Below, piece by piece: positions 16,073-25,588 of a DNA stretch of 43,102 bases. The stretch is from a virus. The stretch lies in IMG/VR virus record IMGVR_UViG_3300045988_138808. One strand, written 5' to 3'. The translations under genes and the position numbers were made by a program. Numbering within the stretch: position 1 is the stretch's first letter; every line of letters begins with the position of its first letter. Below the pieces are notes generated by a model. The model was given only the letters and a program-made list of their open reading frames with translations. It had not been told where the DNA came from and did not search any database.

Positions 16073-16429
16073 TTATAAATCCTCGCTGATTGTGAAAAAC
16101 TCGCCTTTTACTTTGATTTCGGCATAGACGGAGCATTTGTTGGTTTTGTTGTCAAATAGCAAATTCAATTTGCGGATTTCTTCAACCCCCTCGGTATTAA
16201 AAATTTCTTTCCTCAACAACAAATTAAATCTTTGCACGTCTTTTTTGCCTAAAATTTCGGTATAATAAGGCATTCCGGCCGGCGTATAGTTTATCCACTC
16301 GCCTTTTAAGCGGCGGATGCGTGTGACAACCCTTTGCGCAACCTCATTACCACCGGTCACATAATACATCTTGCCGTCTTTGGTGGCAATGTCGCCTGTT
16401 TTTTCGTTTATTGCCATGTCAATGCTCAT
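16073..16429 (-). CDS. Small baseplate wedge protein (gpW/gp25 or XkdS-like)
   Basis: The protein is 118 aa. GDIATKDGKMYYVTGGNEVAQRVVTRIRRLKGEW fits the conserved GD...L..V.G.E...Q.I...L.T..GEW pattern. Confidence 0.55.
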   Translation of the reverse strand: MSIDMAINEKTGDIATKDGKMYYVTGGNEVAQRVVTRIRRLKGEWINYTPAGMPYYTEILGKKDVQRFNLLLRKEIFNTEGVEEIRKLNLLFDNKTNKCSVYAEIKVKGEFFTISEDL

Positions 16430-16438
16430 TATATTCTC

Positions 16439-17146
16439 CTATTCCGGCGGTTGTGTTGGTGTTGGAGCTCCTGGTCCGGGGTTATATTTGTGTGTGTGTC
16501 CTGTTAGGCTAATGCCACTAGCAACAACATCACCGCTTGTTGTTTGGCTTCCGGTATGCTCAATATCGCCTACCATGGTTATTTTGCCGCCTGCTATGGT
16601 TATACTAGCCGAACCCTGTTTCATTGTCAAACTGGTGTTTGATAGGCTGAACAATGAGCTTTTGTCTGCGTTGCGTATCTCTACCGCATCAGGGCTATAG
16701 TTTGGAATTTTTGCCTTTGTGATAATTCCGGGGAAGCACATGGCATCGGTTTCATCAAAACAACGGATTGTGCAAGTTTCCGGTGTTGGTCCATCTGCCG
16801 GTGGAGATATTTCTCCGGTGATTAAAAAGTTGTCCAACGAACGCTCGGCAAATATGAGCGTGCATTTGTCGCCAACCCTATACGGCATGGTTGTGCCTAT
16901 GCCCAAGCCCTCGCTCCATGATAAAGCCATGGGGATATTTGTGATTAATGGTCGGTTGATGTATCTGACCAGCTTGGTGTTTGGATCAACGATTTTTATC
17001 TGAGTTGCCGGAATGGCTGACACCACCTGATTGGCATAGTCCACGCTTTTGATGATGGCCGGTATTGATGTGTGAATGTCTGCCGCTTTGCGGTCAAACT
17101 GTATATTAAATTCTATGCCGGCATTTTTGTTACCGCTGTAATCCAT
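16439..17146 (-). CDS. Baseplate assembly/spike protein (gpV / Mu gp45-like)
   Basis: GDVVASGISLTGHTHKYNPGPGAPTPTQPP is the characteristic C-terminal motif. Confidence 0.7.
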   Translation of the reverse strand: MDYSGNKNAGIEFNIQFDRKAADIHTSIPAIIKSVDYANQVVSAIPATQIKIVDPNTKLVRYINRPLITNIPMALSWSEGLGIGTTMPYRVGDKCTLIFAERSLDNFLITGEISPPADGPTPETCTIRCFDETDAMCFPGIITKAKIPNYSPDAVEIRNADKSSLFSLSNTSLTMKQGSASITIAGGKITMVGDIEHTGSQTTSGDVVASGISLTGHTHKYNPGPGAPTPTQPPE

Positions 17147-17149
17147 TTT

Positions 17150-18028
17150 TTATAACCCCACCGTGAAGCATTGCAAACTCATATCCCAACTGTTTGACCT
17201 TGTGTCTAGGTCAAAGTCGGCATTGTGTATCTTGTATGTTCCGTCTAAGAGCGGATTAACGCTGCTCTTTACCTTTACTGTATTGGCAGGGGAGACACCC
17301 AGCACATACATTGCTTGGATGTCCACCCCTATTTGTGCTTGTGCCGGCCCAGAAAGCAATGGGGCGACTTTCTTTAGCCTTGACGAGCTATCAAGCACAA
17401 CTATATTGCTGAAAGCTTTTTTATCGCCCACAGCCTTAAAGTTTCCGTTTTCAATAAACCAGTTAAAACCGTATTGCTGGCCGAGCTTGTCCAAAACGGC
17501 TCTTGCGTTGCCGCTTGCCACAATGCCGGAATATCCGGTTTTGCCGTCAATGTTGATGTCATCGGGGTTAACGCCCACGCCCTCGATTGATGCGGCAATC
17601 TTTTTTATCACTTCTTTTAATTCTACCTGTTGTTCAACTGATTGCGAAACAACCGACCGCAATAGATTGCTTTGCCCATCAAGTCCGTTCAAATGCGTGA
17701 TAATGTCGGCTCCGCTTCTTTCAACAACAACCGACAAAACACCGCCTGAAAATAAAAGCTCTTTTTTCTGCCCTTTGTATCCGGCATAGACTTTCATGCT
17801 GAGTTGGCTCTGGCAAATGGAATTTCTTGTTTCTCGGCTCAGGTTCCAGATAGAAACAGAGCTTGAGTTTGGCACGCCAAGCATGGTCTTTGATACGTTT
17901 GCCCGAACTCGCAATGTGTTTGGTGTGCCGTCAGATAAAATCCGAACAAGCGGATTTTTCCCCTCGTTTTTCTCCCAATCTTTAAGCGGGCCAAAAATAA
18001 CCTCAATTTCTCGGCAAAAATCTGTCAT
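17150..18028 (-). CDS. Baseplate hub-like protein
   Basis: The 292-aa ORF lies between the tape-measure-proximal genes and the gpV-like gene. The assignment is positional. Confidence 0.45.
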   Translation of the reverse strand: MTDFCREIEVIFGPLKDWEKNEGKNPLVRILSDGTPNTLRVRANVSKTMLGVPNSSSVSIWNLSRETRNSICQSQLSMKVYAGYKGQKKELLFSGGVLSVVVERSGADIITHLNGLDGQSNLLRSVVSQSVEQQVELKEVIKKIAASIEGVGVNPDDINIDGKTGYSGIVASGNARAVLDKLGQQYGFNWFIENGNFKAVGDKKAFSNIVVLDSSSRLKKVAPLLSGPAQAQIGVDIQAMYVLGVSPANTVKVKSSVNPLLDGTYKIHNADFDLDTRSNSWDMSLQCFTVGL

Positions 18029-18378
18029 ATCATTTTATCCTCAAAAGCTACCGGCACTTTTTCGCCTTTGGCATAATAAATCAAAAATGCGGTTGTTCCA
18101 AGGCTGTCGGGCGTGTCGTTGTTTCCGCCATCTGTGGTCTGCACTTGGAACGCCTGCTCGTCAAACTCAATGCATAAGCCTTTAACCAAGTTATCCACAC
18201 CGGGGAGAAGACTGATGCCGGTCAAAATCGGATTTTCGTTAATGTCATAAATGTCCATCAGCCAAGTCTGGGTTTTGGGCAAATAATAGGTTTCAATGAT
18301 ATAATCCTTGCCGCCAAGGTTATATGTTGCTCTGCGCGAGCCGTCATTGGTAACTGGAACAATAAAAGGCATCTGCAA
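18025..18378 (-). CDS. Tail/baseplate protein, function unknown
   Basis: The ORF is 117 aa and translationally coupled to the genes on both sides. Confidence 0.45.
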   Translation of the reverse strand: MQMPFIVPVTNDGSRRATYNLGGKDYIIETYYLPKTQTWLMDIYDINENPILTGISLLPGVDNLVKGLCIEFDEQAFQVQTTDGGNNDTPDSLGTTAFLIYYAKGEKVPVAFEDKMI

Positions 18379-18383
18379 TTCTC

Positions 18384-18956
18384 CTAATCAAAAAATCCCG
18401 ACAAAGTGCTTTTTAAGTTTCCGGTCATTTTCTGCGCTTGCTGTTTGCCGGCGTTTACGGTGCTTGTCAAAGACTTTCCTATGCCGCCCGCTTGCGACAC
18501 GACATCTGCGTTTTTTATGACTTGCAAGTCGGAGAAGTTAAGCTCCTCAAAATCACAGGCAATTTGCAAAGCCCCTTTATATGGCGCGGAGTGAAGCATA
18601 CGGACGTTTGAAATCATCATATTCTGGTAGGAATAATGCTCGGTTGTAACGGTTATAAGCTCTTGCGTGCGACTGATGTTGTCCAGCTTGTCAAATATCT
18701 CTTGGCTGCGGCTTTCAAGTAAACTTGTCCAGCCGGTATTAGTCACTCCAAAATTGATGGATAAAATCCGCGGATGTATGATGACATGATCGGCAATAAC
18801 CGCACCACTCTCAAGCGTGTTTTGCGTTACCTCGTTTTTGCGCGTGTGGTCTTCCGACATTTTAACATCGGCCATAATATCGCCGTATGTCGGGGAGCTG
18901 ATGAGAGCTTGCCCAAATAAAAAGTTGCTGATGGTGTTTAATGAAATAAAGCCCAT
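18384..18956 (-). CDS. Tail/baseplate protein, function unknown
   Basis: The 190-aa ORF lies immediately downstream of the tape measure gene. Confidence 0.45.
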   Translation of the reverse strand: MGFISLNTISNFLFGQALISSPTYGDIMADVKMSEDHTRKNEVTQNTLESGAVIADHVIIHPRILSINFGVTNTGWTSLLESRSQEIFDKLDNISRTQELITVTTEHYSYQNMMISNVRMLHSAPYKGALQIACDFEELNFSDLQVIKNADVVSQAGGIGKSLTSTVNAGKQQAQKMTGNLKSTLSGFFD

Positions 18957-18959
18957 GTC

Positions 18960-20324
18960 TTACCTCACAAATGGTGTAAATTGTCCGGGGGTGTTGGTTT
19001 GAGCCGTGCTGATGTATGGTGTCATCACGTTCATAACCTCTTGTGCGTTGGCTCCGGTCATGATGGTTATTTGCGGAGAGTTGTTGATGGTGGTGCTTCC
19101 TTGGCCTTGCAACATTGCTTGATATGCTCCCTTGCCCTCGTATCCATCAAGCCATGATGCACCTGTGGCAAAGGCTTCTCCCATCTGTTGAGGCAACGTG
19201 GCAATGCCGGCAATGGCAGCTTTCCACCAACTCTCTTTTTTCCAACGCTCCGCCCAGTTATCCCATTTATCAATGAGCTTTCCAAGAGCGGATTCTCCGT
19301 TCATGCACCAAATAACAAAATCTTCAATAACCAATGCGGCAACTGTGAACGCCATTCCAATCAAAGCCAACTTGGCAAGCAGGAGCGTAAAGACAACCAC
19401 CAAGCCGAGCAAAGCACCGCGCAATGTTCCGCTGATAATCTTGGCAAGGTCTAATTTATCGGTAAATTCGCCCAAGTCAGGCAAAAATCCACGAACCCAT
19501 TTTATAAATTTTTCTAAAATATAAGTTGTTCCGGTTAAGCCCTCGCCCAATCCTTTGGCGGTTTTTTCTATGCCTTGTCTTAAAATCTGCGAGTTTGCGA
19601 CAATCCAGTCTTTTATCTTGTTGACAACGTTTGTTAAGCCGGGAGCAACCGACAACGCGACCGTGCGCCCCACTCCCTTAAACGCAAATTCCAAAGCGTT
19701 GAGCGACTTCTTAAATTCCGCCCCTCGTTTTAATGTTTCTTCAGGGATAACCGCGCCAAGGGCGTTTGCTTCCTTGCGGAGCTGCTCAAGGCTCAAGCGG
19801 CCTTGCTTGATTAAAACAAGCGTGTCATTGCTCAAGCCGAGGCGGTTTGCCCATTGCAGGGCTTTTTGCTCGTTCATTCCGTTTAATTTGTCCGCAATGT
19901 CGCCAAGCAGAGAATCCGCTGATTTCATTTTACCGGATGCGTCCCTTATGCCGATACCCATCATAAACAAAGCTTCGTTAAACTCTCCGGGAATTGGCGA
20001 TGACATTGTTTCCATCAGCATTTTAAGGTCTGATGTTACGGCATCGGCAGATACGCCGACACTCTCGGCCGCATATTTGTATTCCTGCAGGGTTTTTGTG
20101 GCGATACCGGTTGTCTTGCTTAAGTTGGTTAACTCTACAGCTCCGTCTGACACGGATTTAATGGTGTAGGCGATAGCCGTTCCGGCGACGGTTGCTGCGG
20201 TTGCAACCGTCTTCATTCCGGTTCTTAAATCGTCAAGCCCTTTTTTGAATGTTTCAAACGCCGCTTTGGACTGGTCGCTCAATTTGAAACTCAAAAGCTG
20301 GACAAGCTCGTTTGCTATCGCCAT
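18960..20324 (-). CDS. Tail tape measure protein
   Basis: The 454-aa protein is Ala/Gly/Leu-rich and helical, with hydrophobic segments (LGLVVVFTLLLAKLALIGMAFTVAALVI). It follows the G/GT chaperone pair. Confidence 0.8.
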   Translation of the reverse strand: MAIANELVQLLSFKLSDQSKAAFETFKKGLDDLRTGMKTVATAATVAGTAIAYTIKSVSDGAVELTNLSKTTGIATKTLQEYKYAAESVGVSADAVTSDLKMLMETMSSPIPGEFNEALFMMGIGIRDASGKMKSADSLLGDIADKLNGMNEQKALQWANRLGLSNDTLVLIKQGRLSLEQLRKEANALGAVIPEETLKRGAEFKKSLNALEFAFKGVGRTVALSVAPGLTNVVNKIKDWIVANSQILRQGIEKTAKGLGEGLTGTTYILEKFIKWVRGFLPDLGEFTDKLDLAKIISGTLRGALLGLVVVFTLLLAKLALIGMAFTVAALVIEDFVIWCMNGESALGKLIDKWDNWAERWKKESWWKAAIAGIATLPQQMGEAFATGASWLDGYEGKGAYQAMLQGQGSTTINNSPQITIMTGANAQEVMNVMTPYISTAQTNTPGQFTPFVR

Positions 20325-20327
20325 TTG

Positions 20328-20600
20328 TTATTCCCCTCTTGATTGGCTGTCTAAATAATCAAGCCAATTTTCTATTTTTTTGGCGGTGTAAAATGTTTTT
20401 ACATCGCTGGTTTTGGTCAAATAATCAAGGCTTATCAGCCCTCGTTTGACAGGACCGGATAAGAAGCTGACAGCTCGGTATCCGTCTGGGATGTCGATAA
20501 GCTTGCCACCAGTGATTTCAAGCCTGCTACTGCTGTATTCAGAGTAACAGGCAATTGTTCCCCCAATAGTTCGACCATTGCGGACACAATAACCAGCCAA
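20328..20600 (-). CDS. -1 frame extension of the tail assembly chaperone (the T part of a G-T fusion). Probably not an independent gene.
   Basis: The ORF lies in the -1 frame relative to 20435..20923 and overlaps it by 166 nt. It sits at the canonical position between tube and tape measure. Confidence 0.5.
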   Translation of the reverse strand: MAGYCVRNGRTIGGTIACYSEYSSSRLEITGGKLIDIPDGYRAVSFLSGPVKRGLISLDYLTKTSDVKTFYTAKKIENWLDYLDSQSRGE

Positions 20601-20923
20601 AGCTCGTGGCAGTTATCCGGTTTTGAAAACCAGTTTTGAATAACAAGCTCGTTGTCCAAGCGGACATTTTCCGGAGTGATTACCCTTTGCAAAACCTTAT
20701 CAATAATTTGTTTTGTTTCCTCGGGCTTTAGGGATGCAAACATCGCCATAAAGTCCGTGTCGTCAACCTTTTTGTTTTTTTCTGTTACAATCTTTGTTAT
20801 TCCGGCAAGGACACCCCCGAATTTGCTTATAAATTCGAGATGATAAATCAGAGCGTCCATAACCGAATATTTTTCAACTTTGTAAACGTGGTTATTGACT
20901 GTTATTTTTGAAAAATCCCCCAT
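20435..20923 (-). CDS. Tail assembly chaperone (gpG-like)
   Basis: The 162-aa ORF lies between the tube and tape measure genes and has an overlapping -1 ORF. Confidence 0.65.
   Translation of the reverse strand: MGDFSKITVNNHVYKVEKYSVMDALIYHLEFISKFGGVLAGITKIVTEKNKKVDDTDFMAMFASLKPEETKQIIDKVLQRVITPENVRLDNELVIQNWFSKPDNCHELWLVIVSAMVELLGEQLPVTLNTAVAGLKSLVASLSTSQTDTELSASYPVLSNEG
20558..20566 (-). other. Candidate -1 slippage site TTGGGGGAA (G5 run)
   Basis: The zero frame reads CTA TTG GGG GAA and the -1 frame reads ATT GGG GGA. This is the only homopolymeric run I found inside the window where both frames are open. It is not a canonical X XXY YYZ heptamer. Confidence 0.3.
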
Positions 20924-20945
20924 TTTTTTCTCCTATGATTTTTCG

Positions 20946-21353
20946 TTAGTTCATCAAATAATCCGTGCCGACAAAGGTGTATGTAATACCGCCTTGCTTT
21001 TTGTCGCCCGTGCTAAGGCTTGACGGATTGCTTACCATTGCGTTGGTAATTGTTACTAGCATATCGGCACCGGTTCGCAAAACAAAGACAGATGTTACAC
21101 CGGTTCTTTGCTGCAATGTCTTTGCGGTTTCAAGCATAGAAATTGATTGAGATGTTTCTCTGAATGTGATTGACACTCTTACACCTTGGTCGGTGGCTTG
21201 GTTTAATCCGCCGCCATCCGTTCCCTCGGTGATGTCTACTTCGCCGCCAACGCGCTCTATAACGATTGAAGTTCCGTCCATAAAGCCTTTCAAATCAATT
21301 CCGTTAAAAGTGGCGGAACAGTTGCGTTGGTTATAAACTTTTTTAATTGCCAT
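20946..21353 (-). CDS. Tail tube protein (DUF3277-like, from recollection)
   Basis: The 135-aa ORF lies directly after the sheath gene. The pattern TEGTDGGGLNQATDQGVRVSITFRETSQS resembles DUF3277 tube proteins. Confidence 0.6.
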   Translation of the reverse strand: MAIKKVYNQRNCSATFNGIDLKGFMDGTSIVIERVGGEVDITEGTDGGGLNQATDQGVRVSITFRETSQSISMLETAKTLQQRTGVTSVFVLRTGADMLVTITNAMVSNPSSLSTGDKKQGGITYTFVGTDYLMN

Positions 21354-21365
21354 TGTTTTTTCTCC

Positions 21366-22835
21366 TTACTCTGTAACAGTGATGTTCAAAGCAATGGTTC
21401 TCATTGAACCGCTGTCATTAACATTGATTTGGATCGGCGTGCCAATACCGGCTTTGCGCTGTGCTGATGTGGTTTCGGAAATTTCCTGCGGAATAATCTC
21501 GACAGCCGGTACCAAAGACAAGCCGTTTTCCGAATTGTCGTCTGATTCTTCACGGTCTGCGAATGAGCCGTTTTTGGTGTATTTTTTGCCGATTTTAGAC
21601 GCGGCTGAAATAAGCAGGTTTTGACCTGACGGCGTATAAGCAACCTTTTTATTGCGCAAAAATACATTCAGCGTTTCAATCTCTAATTCTGAGATGAAGT
21701 TGCAGATATTGATCCAGCTATCGGTTCTCCAGTCAATAGATGATTGGTCGCCGTTGCGAACACACTTTTTGCCGGTGTCGCCAACGTATAAAATGGTGTT
21801 TGCTCTCTTGCTTTCAAGAACAGTCCAGTTTGCTTCCACATCCGGCAGGTTTACGGCCACAATGCCGATGTCTTTGTATTTACCATCAATAACTTGGTCG
21901 TCCAAGCTGTAATTTACAGCCAAAAATTCAGCCAGATAAGCAACATCAGGATAAATCTGCGCGTTGTCGTGGTAGAATGTCGCAACATTGGCAATGTCTT
22001 TTTTGTTGCAATAATCAACAATATTTGTTGTGTCGGTTGCTGAATATGCGGTCGGGTTGTTTGAAACAAGCGCGCAGTCAGCACGATAAGAGCGGGCATT
22101 TACCCAGTCGGCAAAATCTTTCTGGTCTTGCGTATCTCTGTATGAGGTATCAAGAACAAAGCCAAAGATATTAACGCCCATTTTACCGGCAAATTTCAAA
22201 CATTCGTTGACTTCCTCCAAGAATGTGCCGTGCGCGTATCCGTCAACAACTGATGCGCCCGCGCTTTCGGATAAGCCAAGCATACTGGAAACATCTGTGC
22301 CGGTTGTCGGTGCTAAAGCATAGCTGATTGTCGAATTTGCGCCCTGCGTGGTCGATTTAACAAGCAACTGCCCGTTGTAATCGCTGGCGACAAACGCACC
22401 GCTGGCGGCCGTGTTCAAAACTTCGGCGACATTGGCAACTGATTTAACGGTGCTAAAGTTCAGGCTTGCAACATCTTTCACAGTGCCGTCAACCGTGATT
22501 TTGAAAGCTCCGTCCGTAACAGACTTTAACGCGTCCAGTTTAACAGACGGCGACAAGTTATAAGCTGCTTGGTCTGTTTCATAAATGGCGGACACGGCCA
22601 TTCTTTTCGGTCTGTTTGTTTTTGAAAAGAAAGCGTTGCCAGCCCAATAAACTGAATCGCCAACCGTGCAAAGTTTTTGATATCCGTCCCAGGTTGATGA
22701 CAGCTTTACTCTTTCGCCGTGCAAAAAGTTCGTTTTGTTTGAAAACAAACTCAACAATGTCATATCTCTTGCAGCCGCTCCGCTTGCTTTGGAAAGGCTG
22801 AATTGAATGTCATAAGAAATTGGTAATTGAGACAT
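21366..22835 (-). CDS. Tail sheath protein (DUF3383-like, from recollection)
   Basis: The 489-aa ORF starts MSQLPISYDIQFSLSKASGAAARDMTLLSLF and lies upstream of the tube gene. Confidence 0.6.
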   Translation of the reverse strand: MSQLPISYDIQFSLSKASGAAARDMTLLSLFSNKTNFLHGERVKLSSTWDGYQKLCTVGDSVYWAGNAFFSKTNRPKRMAVSAIYETDQAAYNLSPSVKLDALKSVTDGAFKITVDGTVKDVASLNFSTVKSVANVAEVLNTAASGAFVASDYNGQLLVKSTTQGANSTISYALAPTTGTDVSSMLGLSESAGASVVDGYAHGTFLEEVNECLKFAGKMGVNIFGFVLDTSYRDTQDQKDFADWVNARSYRADCALVSNNPTAYSATDTTNIVDYCNKKDIANVATFYHDNAQIYPDVAYLAEFLAVNYSLDDQVIDGKYKDIGIVAVNLPDVEANWTVLESKRANTILYVGDTGKKCVRNGDQSSIDWRTDSWINICNFISELEIETLNVFLRNKKVAYTPSGQNLLISAASKIGKKYTKNGSFADREESDDNSENGLSLVPAVEIIPQEISETTSAQRKAGIGTPIQINVNDSGSMRTIALNITVTE

Positions 22836-22836
22836 T

Positions 22837-23433
22837 TTATTCTCCTACTTGGTTTTTATTAATTTCAAGCACAAATTTGTTATTATTATTTATGCTTTCC
22901 ACAGATATGTCAACCTTATCAAAACTGTCAACTTCTGATTTCGGTTGCTTCTCTTGCCATAGGGCATTCATATAAATTGTTACGATTGCCCTAGGCTGCG
23001 CGGCTCCCATAAACGGCATTGATATATCCTGAATACTGTCGTGTCCGCCTAAGCCCATATATTCCCATAATGGAGCGTTTTTGAACTTCTGCTCCAAGTC
23101 TGGATCATCATTTGCTCCATAGAAGCGTTCATCATGTTTGAGCTTGGCAATAAAAGATTTGAGCTTGTCCATGGCTCCCTTGCCGTATGCCTGAACTTCA
23201 AACTCCATGATGGTTTCTTGGATTTCGTCATATATCATGTTGCCATCGTCATCTACGCTTTCTTCGCTGATGTCGTATTGATATGGCTGGTCATCTTTTA
23301 AGCGAACGGTGCAATATTGGTTGGCGGCTTGCGGACCTTGCGATGGCCACAGGATTGTTTCCCATCCGGTGGCAAGTTTAACCGCCGCCCGGATAAGTTC
23401 TTTTGCTTCCTCTGTCGTTACTGTCTTAACCAT
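22837..23433 (-). CDS. Neck or tail-terminator-like protein
   Basis: I prefer the ATG at 23431..23433 (MVKTVTTEEAK...), which overlaps the upstream stop (ATGGTTAA). The assignment is positional. Confidence 0.4.
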   Translation of the reverse strand: MVKTVTTEEAKELIRAAVKLATGWETILWPSQGPQAANQYCTVRLKDDQPYQYDISEESVDDDGNMIYDEIQETIMEFEVQAYGKGAMDKLKSFIAKLKHDERFYGANDDPDLEQKFKNAPLWEYMGLGGHDSIQDISMPFMGAAQPRAIVTIYMNALWQEKQPKSEVDSFDKVDISVESINNNNKFVLEINKNQVGE

Positions 23434-23830
23434 TGGCAATATCCTTGAACTTAATCGCATAATAGCTTCGGAAGTTTGAATTTTTGGCGGTTTTCGGGTT
23501 TCTTTTTACAATAAACTCTTTGCCGTCAATAACAACATAGGTCTGTTTGTTCTGAATTGTGGCGTTGTTTTGGTCCATGATAAAAAACTCATCATAGTCT
23601 TTGGCAAACATGATGCTGTATGCTTCATCTACCAAATTACCCTCGGTTAAGATTTCAAGAATTTCTTCTTCCACATCGAGCAAAATGGCTTCATCAATGG
23701 TGCGTTCGTTTTCCTTTGTCATAACCCATTCGCCACGGATATATTGTCCGACCATTTCATAGGCGGTGAAGCTTTCCGGACAAGCAAATTCTGCTAACGT
23801 TTGGCTAAAATCAAAAGGAAGTATTGACAT
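23426..23830 (-). CDS. Head-tail joining protein, function unknown
   Basis: The ORF is 134 aa and lies in the neck module. Confidence 0.4.
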   Translation of the reverse strand: MSILPFDFSQTLAEFACPESFTAYEMVGQYIRGEWVMTKENERTIDEAILLDVEEEILEILTEGNLVDEAYSIMFAKDYDEFFIMDQNNATIQNKQTYVVIDGKEFIVKRNPKTAKNSNFRSYYAIKFKDIANG

Positions 23831-23832
23831 GG

Positions 23833-24084
23833 CTATTTTAACCCCTCAATAATGCCATCATAATCTTGCATGGTCAAAAATGAGCGTGGCTCTCCGCTTT
23901 CCTCATAGCCTTGCAAAATTCTATTGATATTCTCGGTTATGATGTGCAAATCAACGTCATCTTTGGCTTCTTCTCTGGCAAACTCTAAAAGACGGATAAA
24001 CAACGGCACGTCTAAATGCACACCGTCTATGCCTTTCATGGAGTTTTTAACCCGAATTGTTTTTGAGAAATCACGCATATTCAT
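23833..24084 (-). CDS. Hypothetical protein
   Basis: The ORF is 83 aa and lies in the neck module. Confidence 0.4.
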   Translation of the reverse strand: MNMRDFSKTIRVKNSMKGIDGVHLDVPLFIRLLEFAREEAKDDVDLHIITENINRILQGYEESGEPRSFLTMQDYDGIIEGLK

Positions 24085-24139
24085 CTCCTATTATTGTTTT
24101 TCTCAAGTTTACCCCACAAAAAATACAAAGTCAAAAGAA

Positions 24140-24712
24140 CTATTTTTTCTTTTTTCGGACAACGTAGGTTGCCGCGTTGGCCATCGCTCCGGTATCCACA
24201 AGCGGATTATTGCTTTTTTTGCCCTCAACCTTGAACAATTTACCGCTTTTTTTATTGCGCATCCATCCACCATTAATGGTTATGGGTGCGTTTGCCGGTG
24301 TTTTGAGGTCAACAATCGCTTTTTTTATCTCGGTTGCTCCAATCTGTCCGGCATTCTCTAACGCTTCCACAGCGTCCAATTTTCCGTTTACAACCTCATT
24401 ATAAAGGTCAGGAGCGATTTTGTTCCACCGCTCCTTGGCTTTTTTTCCTGATGGGGTCATGAAATCACGGGCAGGAGAATTATATGTTCCATAATTATTC
24501 CAGAGTGCCACGTCTATGATGCTGGCCCCGTTGTCATAGTGTGGTGTGTTGAGTTCTTTTTGTCCGGACGGAAATCCGGCGGCTGCTTCTATCTCGGTAA
24601 GTTTTACCGCTTTGGCCATGACCTTATCAAGCCAATCGGGATTGTTTTCTTTGTTTATCTTTGCCGACATAGAAACATTTGCCATTTTACCCTCAGCAAT
24701 AATTTGGGCCAC
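24140..24712 (-). CDS. HK97 gp10-like neck protein
   Basis: The C-terminal segment NNPLVDTGAMANAATYVV resembles the gp10-family PL(I/V)DTG motif. Confidence 0.45.
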   Translation of the reverse strand: MAQIIAEGKMANVSMSAKINKENNPDWLDKVMAKAVKLTEIEAAAGFPSGQKELNTPHYDNGASIIDVALWNNYGTYNSPARDFMTPSGKKAKERWNKIAPDLYNEVVNGKLDAVEALENAGQIGATEIKKAIVDLKTPANAPITINGGWMRNKKSGKLFKVEGKKSNNPLVDTGAMANAATYVVRKKKK

Positions 24713-25109
24713 TTAAAACCACATATCCGGCTGGCATTACCATGTTTATCAATGATAAAAACTCCAAGCCGTAGCTTGTGCGTGCGTAGTCGGCTTCCAT
24801 CGGGTTTTCTGATGAAACCATCGCGCTGTGGCTGTATGAATTTGACAGGCTGGCATTGCTTGCGCTTTGCGAGTTTACTAAGCCCGGATTAATAGAATTT
24901 TTTTTGTTGTTTTTTAGTGCCTTTGCAATGTTATATTCCAAAGCAAGGCGGTGAGCAGTCCACAAGAACAGAGCTTCATCACGCACATCGCCCCAAGACG
25001 TATCGCTCAAGACTTTGTCGCCCAGATTTCCCTTAAATTCAACAGTTGCTTGTGGAATGTCGGAAAATTCGGGATATACGGCAATAAATTGTGCATAATC
25101 AAAACTCAT
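24693..25109 (-). CDS. Head-tail connector (DUF4054-like, from recollection)
   Basis: The N-terminus reads FDYAQFIAVYPEFSDIP, and the gene lies after the capsid genes. Confidence 0.5.
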   Translation of the reverse strand: MSFDYAQFIAVYPEFSDIPQATVEFKGNLGDKVLSDTSWGDVRDEALFLWTAHRLALEYNIAKALKNNKKNSINPGLVNSQSASNASLSNSYSHSAMVSSENPMEADYARTSYGLEFLSLINMVMPAGYVVLSGPNYC

Positions 25110-25134
25110 GTTCTTGCTTCCTACTTTTGGCTAC

Positions 25135-25560
25135 TTAATCCAATGTAATTGAACCAGCGGCTTCTTTCTTCTTTACTTCTGCGGACACGGTGCGACCGTC
25201 TTCATGCTTTTCAACCGGATTTGTTAATTCGGCCGGCGCATTATCCGGGGTAACGGAGATTTCTCTGCTCGCTTCCTCTTGTGCATCTGCTTGGTAATTA
25301 CACCGCAAAAGCCCTTTATCAAGCCATATTTTAATCATGTCGTTTTTCTGCAATGCTTGAAAAACAGTTTTATCCACAGATTTTAATTCTTTCGGATAAA
25401 TCATAATTTTATGAGCACCCTCGTTTAAGAGCATCGGGTTTGTGGTTGTGTTGGTCAAAACCACAGTGCCGGTTGCTGCGACAATGTTCTTTGCGGTTTG
25501 GTTTGCGGGAGCCGCTTTTGGTGCGGCGGCTCCGTTATTTTGTTTTTTTTGAAAAGCCAT
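25135..25560 (-). CDS. Hypothetical head-associated protein
   Basis: I prefer the ATG at 25558..25560 (MAFQKKQNNG...), which follows a GGAGA RBS. The track start would overlap the capsid gene. Confidence 0.45.
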   Translation of the reverse strand: MAFQKKQNNGAAAPKAAPANQTAKNIVAATGTVVLTNTTTNPMLLNEGAHKIMIYPKELKSVDKTVFQALQKNDMIKIWLDKGLLRCNYQADAQEEASREISVTPDNAPAELTNPVEKHEDGRTVSAEVKKKEAAGSITLD

Positions 25561-25588
25561 ATTGGTATCTCCCCATTGAATTAATTTA

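Noticed and set aside
17163-17789. Long plus-strand ORFs antisense to structural genes, for example 17163..17789, 19555..20169, 32519..33079, 8514..9171 and 24539..24892.
   Set aside because: They are shadow ORFs opposite well-supported minus-strand genes. They have no RBS or promoter context and Ser/Leu/Phe-rich compositions. They differ from the 36065..36760 case, which has clear HNH motifs, a promoter and an RBS.
20328-20600. The 90-aa ORF treated as an independent gene.
   Set aside because: It has a TTG pseudo-start with no RBS. It lies in the -1 frame of the chaperone gene at the canonical G/GT position, so it is better explained as a frameshift extension.
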